Below are positions 9,270 to 18,105 of a DNA stretch of 64,000 nt, one piece after another. A model generated the notes under the pieces. That model did no database searches. It was not told where the DNA came from and saw only the letters and a program-made list of their open reading frames with translations. Source of the DNA: Spirochaetia bacterium (GTDB lineage Bacteria; Spirochaetota; Spirochaetia; UBA9216); assembly GCA_963677925.2 (NCBI GenBank), contig CAXXYH010000003.1:1376001-1440000 (forward strand), given 5' to 3'. Made by a program: the position numbers and the translations under genes. How positions within the stretch are numbered: position 1 is the stretch's first letter; each line of letters begins with the position of its first letter.

Positions 9270-11660
9270 TTATACCTCAGCAAAAGCTGTTCGCTCTATA
9301 ATTTCATTCTGCATGTCATTTCCAAGGGCTGTAAAATATGCACTATATCCGGCAACCCTTACTACAAGATCCTGATGCTCATCTGGAGCAGCCTGAGCTT
9401 CAATCAGATCATCCTTGTTTACAATATTGAACTGAATGTGCTTTCCGCCCTGTGAAAAATATGTTTTGATAAGCGAACCAAGCTTTAAAAGATCAGCCCG
9501 GCTTTTCAATGCCGACGGATGAAACTTCATATTCAACAGAGTTGCCTGATAAGTGTCCTGATTAATCTTCATTGCACTCTTAAGTACACCAGTCGGCCCG
9601 TTCTTATCCATACCGTGATTAGGCGACATACTTCCATCAGCAAGTATTTCACCTCGCTTACGTCCGTCCGGGGTGGCGCCGGTAAGGGCTCCGCCCGGCT
9701 GATGGGCTGTGATTGATATTGCAGTTGCTATACCCTTTCCCCCGAAAAAGGATCTTAAGGAAACGAGTTTCTTTTCAAATTTCTCATAAACTTCAGCTGC
9801 AAGTTCATCTACATAGTCAACTCCGTTACCGTACTTTGGAACTGCCAGAAAATCTTTCTGCATTTCTTCAAAACCGACCCAGTCTGAATCGAGAGCTTTG
9901 ACAAGCTCATCCATTGAGTATTTCTTGTCTTCATAGACGAGTTTTTTAACTGCAGCAAGTGAATCAGCAACATTGATACCTCCAACAGGACAGAGGGAGA
10001 GGCTGTTTTCAAACGGAATGGAACGCCTTAAAATATCCTTTCCCTCTTTGACTGCATCAAACATCAATGAAGATCTGAATGGATCAGGAAATAAGTTCTG
10101 CTCGGCTCTTAGTTCAATATTACATTTCTCAACCCCGAGCTCAATGAAGTAATCCATCTGTTTATAGAAGGCATTCTTAAATGCTTCAAAATCTGACATC
10201 TGTGTAACATCACCTGTTTTAATTCCGACAGTTTCATTGGTACCCTTATTAAATCCGTTGTGCATGAATATATCGAAGGCCAACGCAACAACGATAAATC
10301 CGAAAGTTGCAGTCCTTGATTTTCCCGGAATAGCACCATCGAGACAGCCGCATACAATATAATTACGGGCGTCTTCTATGGGCAAACCATGATACTGGTG
10401 AAAGAAATTTATGTAAGATTTATCTCCGATGAAGGCGGGCATTCCAATTCCGGCTTTTACAACTTCAAGGGCCTTTACCATCAGCTCATCAGGTGTTTTA
10501 TCATGTACTCTCAGAGTGAGTGTATGATGAGGTATTTTAGTTTCCATTGCGGCATCAAGCAGAAGATATGTAAGCTTGTTGCTGGCATCATTTCCATCTT
10601 TATCAACACCCCCGATAATAAAATTATGCCATTTAGCCATACCGGCATTTTTTTTCCTGTTCTGCTGACCTGAAACTCGATTTAGTTTGATATCCTTGAT
10701 ACGCAGAAGTTCTAAAAGTTCAATTACTTCCTCATCAGTAGTAATTCCTTTTTCAATATCATTTTTATAAAATGGATACATGTACTGATCAAAACGTCCG
10801 GCTGCAGCTGTAGTTGCAGGATTTATCATTAGAAAGGTGAACCAGAAGCACTGTATCGCTTCAAAAAAAGTTTCAGCAGGTTTGGCAGGTACTTTCGAAC
10901 AGGCTTTAGAAATTCGCATTAGTTCAAGTTTTCTTTCAGGGTCATTTTCTTCCATAGCCATCTCGGCTGCAAGTTCCGAATACCTCTGTGCAAGCCTTAT
11001 GAGGGCTTTATGAACAATAATAACAGAATTAAGAAAATCGACAGCTTCCTGATCAGGAGTTTCGCTAGCTTCCTGAATTTTCAAAGCTTCTTCGCACTCT
11101 GCAATTAAACTTAATGAACCTTCGTTCAGCATCTTTTCATAATCAACTCCAATCAGAAAGAACCCCGGGCCAAGGCCGAGACCGGACTGAGCATAACCAC
11201 CGCCGCTGCCTTCAGCCCCTTTCCAGGGAGGAAGCATTACTCCTGATTTCATGAAAGGCCATAGTTGCTCGCTTTTCATAAATTCAGCACCCATGGCTGA
11301 AATTAGTGTTTCACTGCTGAATTTTTCATTAATTTTCTGTATTTCATCTTCATCTGCAGGATTGATTATGTAATTTTCATTTTTTAATGATTCAATTTCA
11401 TCCGGCGTCCACGTACCATATTCATAATCAATCTCAAGGCCAAAGGGTTTACTTGCCCCTGCTCCCGCAAAAAGTTCATCATCTTCAATAAAAATAGTTA
11501 TTTTTTCAAGAATATTTTTTATAATAGCCGCGCGTCGAAGTACGCTGGGCTGCCCTTCAGTAGCTGAAAGAGTCTGTGTAGCTATTTTAAATTTCTCAAT
11601 ACAAAGAGGGTACTTTTCTACCTTCAGTGTATCTAAAAGCCGTTCAATTCTTGGTGTCAT
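9270..11660 (-). CDS. Glycyl radical enzyme (PFL-like superfamily), reaction unknown
   Basis: 796 aa; C-terminal LVVRVAGYSAYF glycyl loop (Gly771); GRFDQYMYPFY; ATPDGR; Cys loop YIVCGCLDG (Cys439). Confidence 0.95.
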   Translation of the reverse strand: MTPRIERLLDTLKVEKYPLCIEKFKIATQTLSATEGQPSVLRRAAIIKNILEKITIFIEDDELFAGAGASKPFGLEIDYEYGTWTPDEIESLKNENYIINPADEDEIQKINEKFSSETLISAMGAEFMKSEQLWPFMKSGVMLPPWKGAEGSGGGYAQSGLGLGPGFFLIGVDYEKMLNEGSLSLIAECEEALKIQEASETPDQEAVDFLNSVIIVHKALIRLAQRYSELAAEMAMEENDPERKLELMRISKACSKVPAKPAETFFEAIQCFWFTFLMINPATTAAAGRFDQYMYPFYKNDIEKGITTDEEVIELLELLRIKDIKLNRVSGQQNRKKNAGMAKWHNFIIGGVDKDGNDASNKLTYLLLDAAMETKIPHHTLTLRVHDKTPDELMVKALEVVKAGIGMPAFIGDKSYINFFHQYHGLPIEDARNYIVCGCLDGAIPGKSRTATFGFIVVALAFDIFMHNGFNKGTNETVGIKTGDVTQMSDFEAFKNAFYKQMDYFIELGVEKCNIELRAEQNLFPDPFRSSLMFDAVKEGKDILRRSIPFENSLSLCPVGGINVADSLAAVKKLVYEDKKYSMDELVKALDSDWVGFEEMQKDFLAVPKYGNGVDYVDELAAEVYEKFEKKLVSLRSFFGGKGIATAISITAHQPGGALTGATPDGRKRGEILADGSMSPNHGMDKNGPTGVLKSAMKINQDTYQATLLNMKFHPSALKSRADLLKLGSLIKTYFSQGGKHIQFNIVNKDDLIEAQAAPDEHQDLVVRVAGYSAYFTALGNDMQNEIIERTAFAEV

Positions 11661-11713
11661 TTTTGCCTCCGTCTAATCCAAATATATCAGCATAATTTAA
11701 TAATCTGTATATA

Positions 11714-11729
11714 TGCAATTTATGTGCCA
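11714..11729 (-). promoter_or_regulatory. sigma54 -24/-12 promoter of the GRE operon
   Basis: TGGCAC-ATAAA-TTGCA, an exact consensus match. Confidence 0.9.
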
Positions 11730-11888
11730 TATATAAACTTCTTTTTCCATTTTAGACTTTTTCTTAAATATTCTAATTCTGATTAAACTTTGGTGCATTT
11801 TTAACGTATTTATATATTTTTTTAGTTTTATGTTCAGAATAAGGCCTCCAAATTCCACATTAAGTATATTAACGTTACAGGACACAAA

Positions 11889-11918
11889 GTTACACTTTGT
11901 AACCTTTTGCAACGTTCT
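11889..11918. promoter_or_regulatory. Putative upstream activator sequence (three 10-bp repeats)
   Basis: GTTACACTTT GTAACCTTTT GCAACGTTCT; matches 29700..29729 in sequence and spacing. Confidence 0.65.
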
Positions 11919-11993
11919 TATAAAACAATAAAAACTACATTAATCTGCTGCATTAGCCTTAATAAATATCAAAAGTATAATTCTGCCTGAAAT

Positions 11994-12020
11994 TGTTTCA
12001 TATTGTTACAGACTGTCAGT
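11994..12020. promoter_or_regulatory. Putative upstream activator sequence for the + strand sigma54 promoter
   Basis: TGTTTCA-TAT-TGTTACA-GAC-TGTCAGT, the same 10-bp-period motif in inverted orientation. Confidence 0.6.
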
Positions 12021-12118
12021 ACTTTCAATAAGAATGTTTCACTGCATAAAGACACATTCTAACTATGTTCGCGAACTTACTGCGAAGGAAAAGGAATTTC
12101 CCTGTATTTAACAGGAAT

Positions 12119-12134
12119 TGGCATATATTTTGCA
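12119..12134 (+). promoter_or_regulatory. sigma54 -24/-12 promoter of the binding-protein gene
   Basis: TGGCAT-ATATT-TTGCA. Confidence 0.88.
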
Positions 12135-12156
12135 ATTCTCATTCCGGAGGTTAAAT

Positions 12157-13746
12157 ATGAAAAATTTTCATATCAAAAAATCAGTTCCAAAAGTATTAAT
12201 TGCAGCAGGTCTACTTGTTATGCTGCTGGCGGTATCACAGTTTTCATCCTGTGTCACCACGGACGCTTCAGCAAAACAGCTGAATGTAGCTTTGTCTACT
12301 CTGGCCGAAGAAAACTTTCTTCCCTGGAACGGAAGTACAGTCAGAAAGCCCTATCTGGATTGTATTTACGAATACATCGCGTATATCGATCCGGAAACAT
12401 CAGAACCGATCCCAGGCCTTGCTGAAAGCTGGAAATACTCTGATGACGGCCGGACTGTAACCCTGTTCATCAGAAAAGGAATTCAATTCCAGCAAGGCTG
12501 GGGAGAGTTTTCAGCTGAAGATGTTAAGTTTTCCATCGACAGAATGCTTGATCCTTCCGCTGTAGGCGGCCAGGCTTCAGCATTAAGAATGGCCGTTGCT
12601 TCGGTTGAAGCTGCGGAGAAGTATAAAGCCGTTATTACCCTGAAGGCTCCGGATCCTGTATTTGTTCAGGGTTATCTTGGAAATGGTGTAGCTATTCCCA
12701 TGGCATGTAAAAAATACATTGAAGAGATGGGAGAAGACTATGCGAATGATAACCCGGTAGGAACCGGAGCTTACACTCTGGGCGGTCATGTTGAAGGTAC
12801 ATCCGTTTCTGTACAAAAAGTCGAAGGAATGGACGAACACTGGCGTGTGAAACCGGAATTTGATACCATCAATTTTCTCGCTGTTTCAGACGAAGCTGAG
12901 CGCGTAGCTATGCTTAAAAATGGAGATATCGATCTTGCTCCGATAAACTGCAGCTCCATTACAGAAGTTGAACAGGCTGGATTGGAGACTGTTTCAATTT
13001 ATCATAATTATACTGCGGTTCTCCGTTTCGGCGGTACCAGCGGCATGTACCCTAACCCTGATGTTCCCTGGGCAAAAAAAGAGGTTCGACAGGCACTTAA
13101 TTATGCTGTAGACAGAGATAAGCTTATCAATGAAGTCCTTAAAGGAGAAGGAGATCCGGCAGGGATTGACCCCGATGCAAATGAGTTTAAAGATATAAAA
13201 GCTTACCCCTACGATCCTGCAAAGGCAAAAGCACTTCTGGCACAGGCCGGGTATCCTGATGGATTTGATGTAACCATCATGGCTGCGGCAACCATACCTG
13301 GTGCAGAACTCCCTATGCTTTCCGAAATGGTAGCAGCCCAATGGAATGAAATAGGTATTCGCGCAGAAGTGAAAGAAATCACAAATGCAGAAATTAGAGA
13401 AGCATGGACTACCGGAAAATATACCGATGTAATATGGACCCACAGAACTTACCCATGTTCAAACCTTGTTACTTCATTCCTTGTAATGAATTCCACCAGA
13501 AGCCCTCATGGTTCATTCTCCAATGAGGACACTGACAAAAGGATTATGAGTATTGCAATGGAAACTGATCCGGATCTTAGACTTTCCAAAATCCAGGAGA
13601 TGGCACAGTGGCTTAATGATGAGGGAGCAAGTATATATCTTGTTCATGGCAATGAGCCTTATGGAATAAGCAGCAAGGTAGGAAACTGGCCGGCTATCAA
13701 TCAGAATGTTACTAATTTTGATCAGATTTCTTTCGGTTCCAGATAA
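12157..13746 (+). CDS. Family 5 (DppA/OppA/NikA-like) ABC solute-binding lipoprotein
   Basis: PGLAESW..SDDG, FSAEDVKFS, PVGTGAY, VRQALNYAVDR, YDPAKAKALLAQAGY; lipobox-like FSSC; start moved to ATG 12157 (GGAGG RBS) because the ORF-track start overlaps the sigma54 promoter. Confidence 0.9.
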   Translation: MKNFHIKKSVPKVLIAAGLLVMLLAVSQFSSCVTTDASAKQLNVALSTLAEENFLPWNGSTVRKPYLDCIYEYIAYIDPETSEPIPGLAESWKYSDDGRTVTLFIRKGIQFQQGWGEFSAEDVKFSIDRMLDPSAVGGQASALRMAVASVEAAEKYKAVITLKAPDPVFVQGYLGNGVAIPMACKKYIEEMGEDYANDNPVGTGAYTLGGHVEGTSVSVQKVEGMDEHWRVKPEFDTINFLAVSDEAERVAMLKNGDIDLAPINCSSITEVEQAGLETVSIYHNYTAVLRFGGTSGMYPNPDVPWAKKEVRQALNYAVDRDKLINEVLKGEGDPAGIDPDANEFKDIKAYPYDPAKAKALLAQAGYPDGFDVTIMAAATIPGAELPMLSEMVAAQWNEIGIRAEVKEITNAEIREAWTTGKYTDVIWTHRTYPCSNLVTSFLVMNSTRSPHGSFSNEDTDKRIMSIAMETDPDLRLSKIQEMAQWLNDEGASIYLVHGNEPYGISSKVGNWPAINQNVTNFDQISFGSR

Positions 13747-13762
13747 TTCAAAACTGAATATC

Positions 13763-13797
13763 TCCCGATGCCCTGAAGGACTTCCAGGGCATCGGGA
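13763..13797. terminator. Bidirectional terminator hairpin between convergent genes
   Basis: TCCCGATGCCCTG-N9-CAGGGCATCGGGA 13-bp stem. Confidence 0.75.
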
Positions 13798-13832
13798 ATA
13801 GTTATTTGAATAAAATAAATTGCTGATATATT

Positions 13833-15647
13833 TCAGACAGGAACTTTAGATAATAAATTTGAGAATAGACCGGAGTTCAAAGCATGATTAATAGTCTGCA
13901 ATGCTTTTATGTGCTCATCCGGATTTTGTTTTGGAGATATGATGAGAAAAACCAGGTCAACATGTTTCTCGGGTTTTATATGCCACAAGACAGGCTTTTC
14001 CAGTTTACAGCCAATGGCGACAGCATCATCGACAAATTCGGATCTGCAGTGAGGCATTGCAATCCCTTCTATCAAAACCGTAGAACCCAGCTGTTCCCTT
14101 TCGATAACAGCATTCATTGTGTAGTTTACATCTTCAACATAACCATGTTCAAAAAGTGATGTTATGAGTTGGTTTATAATTTGAGTTTTAGACATTGAAT
14201 TCTGAACTTCCATTCTCTGCATAGGAACCGGCATCAACCGATCCAAATTAAGAGGCGGTTGAGGAAGGGTTTGTTTTTTAACAGCTTCTGCTTCACCGGC
14301 GGTCCACTGCTTCCATCTTATCAAAGTCCGTTCAGACAAAAAAGCGCCTACAAGTTCAAACATAACCAATGCCGGGACTATGGTATTGAAAACCATAGCA
14401 CCTTCTTCACCGCCCAGTACACTCGCTACAAGAATTGTTTCAACTGCTGCCATACCCGCCTGAGGGAGCATCAGCTTGGGAATACTTGCCGTAATTTTTT
14501 GGTCCTGTCCTGTCAGTTTGCAGCCGATCCAGTTTCCTCCCAGCTTTGAAACTGTCCTCAGTCCGAAGTATCCAAGAACCAGAAATAATGTATCAAGCGA
14601 GAAGGTTTCTATCTGAACACTTGCCCCTATAATACCGAAGAACAGCAGATTAAAAACCGGCATAACATCTTTCAGTTTAAGTGAATCAAACAGCGCATTT
14701 GTATGAAAATTTGCTACCAGGATTCCGGCAAGCACAGCAACAATGAGGAAAGGCAGATCAAAATGCATTGCTACTGAAATGACAATCGCAATAGCACCTA
14801 TGATTATCAAAAGTATTTCAACAGATGGAGTCGGATGATCTGAAAGTATTGATGACAGCAGAGAATTATTATCGTCACCATTCAGATCTTCATGCTCATG
14901 CTTATAATTTCTGATTGTGAAGCGCAGTATGATAAAAAGAACAACGCCAAGAAGCACTGCAAGCCCCATCTCGAGGGATACATCTGCAAAGATATGCACA
15001 GGCGAAATGTGTTCCCCTGCTTTAATACCTGTTGCAACACCAAGCATGATAGAAAACACTATAACTTCTAAAACATCATCAAGAACAACAATATTTGCAA
15101 GTATGTTTTTAAGCGGACCTTCTATCTGGAAACGCGACATTAATATAAAGGTAAGCGCAGGTGCTGTTGCAATACCGATTGAACCTATCAGCATGGCAAC
15201 CACCCATGAAGCTCTGAATATAAAATGAAACCCAAGTGAAATAACCATCCAAGTCAGGACCGCCTGGATCAGGCAAATGATAGTTGCTTTTACGCCTACC
15301 TGTTTTAGACGATTCCAGTGAAGCTCCTCTCCAAGAGAAAAAGCCACTATTCCAAGAAAAAGGAAAACAAAAAAATGTGACCCTTCCATTATGAGTGCGT
15401 AATCATGAAAACGGTTCTCGAAGAAATTAACGGCAGGACCCATTATGGTTAATGATGCTATTCCCGGATGACCGGACAGCCATCTACTGACTAGTAAAAG
15501 AAAATGAGGTCCCACCAGTACACCGCCTATAATCTGACCGATAACTTCACCTACATGAATTTTACGAGCTATTCTTCCGCCGAAATAAGCAGCCAGAACA
15601 AGCAGGCCCAATTCAAAAATCTGTAATTCAATATGTGAAATGCTGAT
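13833..15647 (-). CDS. Cation:proton antiporter fused to a C-terminal PTS EIIA(Ntr/Fru)-type domain
   Basis: CPA TM domain (ATAPA, VVLDD, LPQAGMA); C-terminal REQLGST..GIAMPHCR. Start probably ATC 15647 behind AGGAG (ORF track uses TTG 15611). Confidence 0.85.
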   Translation of the reverse strand: MSISHIELQIFELGLLVLAAYFGGRIARKIHVGEVIGQIIGGVLVGPHFLLLVSRWLSGHPGIASLTIMGPAVNFFENRFHDYALIMEGSHFFVFLFLGIVAFSLGEELHWNRLKQVGVKATIICLIQAVLTWMVISLGFHFIFRASWVVAMLIGSIGIATAPALTFILMSRFQIEGPLKNILANIVVLDDVLEVIVFSIMLGVATGIKAGEHISPVHIFADVSLEMGLAVLLGVVLFIILRFTIRNYKHEHEDLNGDDNNSLLSSILSDHPTPSVEILLIIIGAIAIVISVAMHFDLPFLIVAVLAGILVANFHTNALFDSLKLKDVMPVFNLLFFGIIGASVQIETFSLDTLFLVLGYFGLRTVSKLGGNWIGCKLTGQDQKITASIPKLMLPQAGMAAVETILVASVLGGEEGAMVFNTIVPALVMFELVGAFLSERTLIRWKQWTAGEAEAVKKQTLPQPPLNLDRLMPVPMQRMEVQNSMSKTQIINQLITSLFEHGYVEDVNYTMNAVIEREQLGSTVLIEGIAMPHCRSEFVDDAVAIGCKLEKPVLWHIKPEKHVDLVFLIISPKQNPDEHIKALQTINHALNSGLFSNLLSKVPV

Positions 15648-15657
15648 AGTGTTCTCC

Positions 15658-16659
15658 TTATATTATATCTGTATAGCCTACATGATTGCCTTCTATCGTT
15701 CGATTAAGCAATCTTTTATTAACGAGATAATACAGATGAGATAAAGTTTCACCTACAGCAAACCATTTCTGGTGAGGCGGAAAACTTTCCCAGTCAAGAC
15801 CGCGGGCAGACCATGACAGCTTGCCGGCGATTGAATATGCATCGATACCAGGATTAGAATTGATGATGCCAATAATTTCTTCTATCCTTTTATCATGGTG
15901 CTCGATCAGTTCATCAATTCTGCTGTAAATATCTTTCCGCGGAGTACTGCGGTGTGCGGGAAAGGCTGTCTGGACAGGAAGATTTTTTATACTGTGTAAA
16001 CTGTTCAGGTATTCGGCAAGAGGGTCTTTTCCATCAGCCCATATCCCTATATTTGGAGATATGTCAAAGAGGACATGATCTCCTGTAAAAAGCATTTGTG
16101 TTTCTGCAATATATAACACCATATGTCCCGGACTATGTCCCGGTGTATGAATACATTGACATTCTACTCCGCCAAGATCTATAACGTCGCCGTGTGAAAC
16201 ATTAGTAACAGGAAAAATTTTACCGGGAAGATAAACCCTGTTATGGTTTTCCCGATCCTGCCGGCCGATACTGTCTTCGGGATACCCTTCTTTAATATAA
16301 AGATTATTCAGCCAGCGTATTGTTTCACCTTTAACGGCCCTGAGATAATATTCATAATCATTTTCATTCATATAAATCGTACAATTTTTTTCAGCAAACA
16401 AGGGTGCCTGCCCGAAATGATCAGAATGACCGTGAGTAACAAAAAGGGCGGTTTTAGCCATATCCAGATTTATTTCTTCAATTCCGGACCACAGCTCTTC
16501 CCTGCACTCCTCTGCATCAAATCCTGTATCAATAATCAGGTTTTGTTCTTCACCGCAAATAACATAGGAATTTAAATTCCTTAAAGGATTGTTTTTTAGT
16601 TTTACATCAATAAGCCAGATTTCAGGCGAGTCTGATAATTTTTTAACATTATTTTCCAT
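15658..16659 (-). CDS. Metallo-beta-lactamase-fold hydrolase
   Basis: THGHSDH, TPGHSPGH, FTGDH, PAH motifs. Confidence 0.9.
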   Translation of the reverse strand: MENNVKKLSDSPEIWLIDVKLKNNPLRNLNSYVICGEEQNLIIDTGFDAEECREELWSGIEEINLDMAKTALFVTHGHSDHFGQAPLFAEKNCTIYMNENDYEYYLRAVKGETIRWLNNLYIKEGYPEDSIGRQDRENHNRVYLPGKIFPVTNVSHGDVIDLGGVECQCIHTPGHSPGHMVLYIAETQMLFTGDHVLFDISPNIGIWADGKDPLAEYLNSLHSIKNLPVQTAFPAHRSTPRKDIYSRIDELIEHHDKRIEEIIGIINSNPGIDAYSIAGKLSWSARGLDWESFPPHQKWFAVGETLSHLYYLVNKRLLNRTIEGNHVGYTDII

Positions 16660-16758
16660 AAATCTCCCGCATGGTTAACAGATCAATACCAGAAAAACAA
16701 TGCCGGACAAGAAAGTAACTTCCTCCCCGGCATCATACTAATTGTAGATATAGCGTAA

Positions 16759-18039
16759 TTAGAAAATATCGAAGAATCTTACTGCTGACAGAAGTGCTCC
16801 GAATAATGACATCAGGATAGCTGTAGGAAGCAGCTGCCTTGTCATCTTATCCTGCTGATCTTCAGCAGTTGAAGCTACCATAACAGCACCGCCGCTTGAG
16901 AACGGTGAAATTGCAGAAGACATAGCACCTACAAAAATAACTATAATCAGTGTTGAAACATCAATTCCGGTTACCTTTGCAACTGATATTGCAAGCGGAT
17001 AAAGAAGAGGACAGACTACACCAAGTCCGCTTGAGAAGAAGCTGAGAAATGCAGCAAAAATACTGAAAGCCGGAACAATAATAAACGGTGTTCCTACCCT
17101 GCCAAGAATCTCAGCCATTCTATCAACAAGGCCGGCCTCTGTTGCTACAAGCATCAGCATGTTGATACCGGCTATTGTAATGATAGTCGGGAAATTGATT
17201 TTCTGTAAAATTTTCTTCTCATCACCAAGCTTCATTGCCATAGCTGCTATTGCGGCAAGAACCATGATTACCTGAGGCTGACAAACCTGTCTGAGCAGCA
17301 TAGTAATCGGATTTCTTACAAAAGTAGAAAGTATAGTAGGAATTACCATCAAACAGCATGCAATAATTATGAGAATTATTGTTTTTTTCTGAACAGGATT
17401 AAAGTCTTCAGGCTTTTCAACAACTACATTTTTTGCTTTATAACCTTTGAGTACAAAGTATGCAATTATACACATTATAATTCTTGCAACACTATCTGCA
17501 AGCCAGGTTCGCATCTGAATACCAAACGCACCGTCAACGCCATTCTGTTCAAGGATAGACAATGATATAACTCCACCATATCCATTGAAGGGGTTACCGG
17601 CGCCGAGATAGACAGCACATGTTATTACAATTGCGACAAGCAGCGGAGAAATTCCTGCAGCAGCAGCCATAGCAAATACAATAGGACCGATGAAAATCGG
17701 TGTTGAGGGACCAGCACCCAATGCTGATACTACGGTTCCAACAACAAGAATTACAAGCGGAATTAATTTTGCCTGACCATGCATGGCAAACAGCATTTTC
17801 TTTCCAAGCAGGGCCATTGTTCCGTTCTCATTTGCATAAGTAAAAAACAATCCGATTGATATCAGAAAGAAAACAATTGTGTTAGGCCAGTAGTTAATAA
17901 TTGTACTGACACGCAGACCTAACATCAGTGTTCCGATAAGGAACGCAGCACCCATAGCGATAACACCGGAGTTGCACTTGAACTTCCAACCGATTACGAT
18001 TGCCGCTATTATAGCAATCAAAGAAACAGTTAATGCCAT
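16759..18039 (-). CDS. SLC13/MatC-like (di)carboxylate carrier, paralog of 7930..9216
   Basis: KCNSGVIAM..WP..VFFLISIGLFF.YANENGT; SPFSSGGA. Confidence 0.8.
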   Translation of the reverse strand: MALTVSLIAIIAAIVIGWKFKCNSGVIAMGAAFLIGTLMLGLRVSTIINYWPNTIVFFLISIGLFFTYANENGTMALLGKKMLFAMHGQAKLIPLVILVVGTVVSALGAGPSTPIFIGPIVFAMAAAAGISPLLVAIVITCAVYLGAGNPFNGYGGVISLSILEQNGVDGAFGIQMRTWLADSVARIIMCIIAYFVLKGYKAKNVVVEKPEDFNPVQKKTIILIIIACCLMVIPTILSTFVRNPITMLLRQVCQPQVIMVLAAIAAMAMKLGDEKKILQKINFPTIITIAGINMLMLVATEAGLVDRMAEILGRVGTPFIIVPAFSIFAAFLSFFSSGLGVVCPLLYPLAISVAKVTGIDVSTLIIVIFVGAMSSAISPFSSGGAVMVASTAEDQQDKMTRQLLPTAILMSLFGALLSAVRFFDIF

Positions 18040-18105
18040 TAAAAGACCTCCTAAATATATTAAGAGCTATAGATAATTATTTCTATAGCTCTTATTTTTT
18101 TTGTT

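Noticed and set aside
9270-11660. Calling the GRE pyruvate formate-lyase (pflB), CutC, HypD or a diol dehydratase
   Set aside because: Lacks the PFL Cys-Cys pair and the eliminase C-x-E motif; no microcompartment or P5C reductase genes nearby
11697-11912. 71-aa ORF upstream of the GRE, considered as a small GRE subunit or activase fragment
   Set aside because: AT-rich, no RBS, TTG start, runs through the sigma54 promoter and UAS, and has no recognisable Fe-S or radical-SAM motif
12118-12156. ORF-track N-terminal extension of the binding protein
   Set aside because: Overlaps the -24/-12 promoter; the RBS supports ATG 12157
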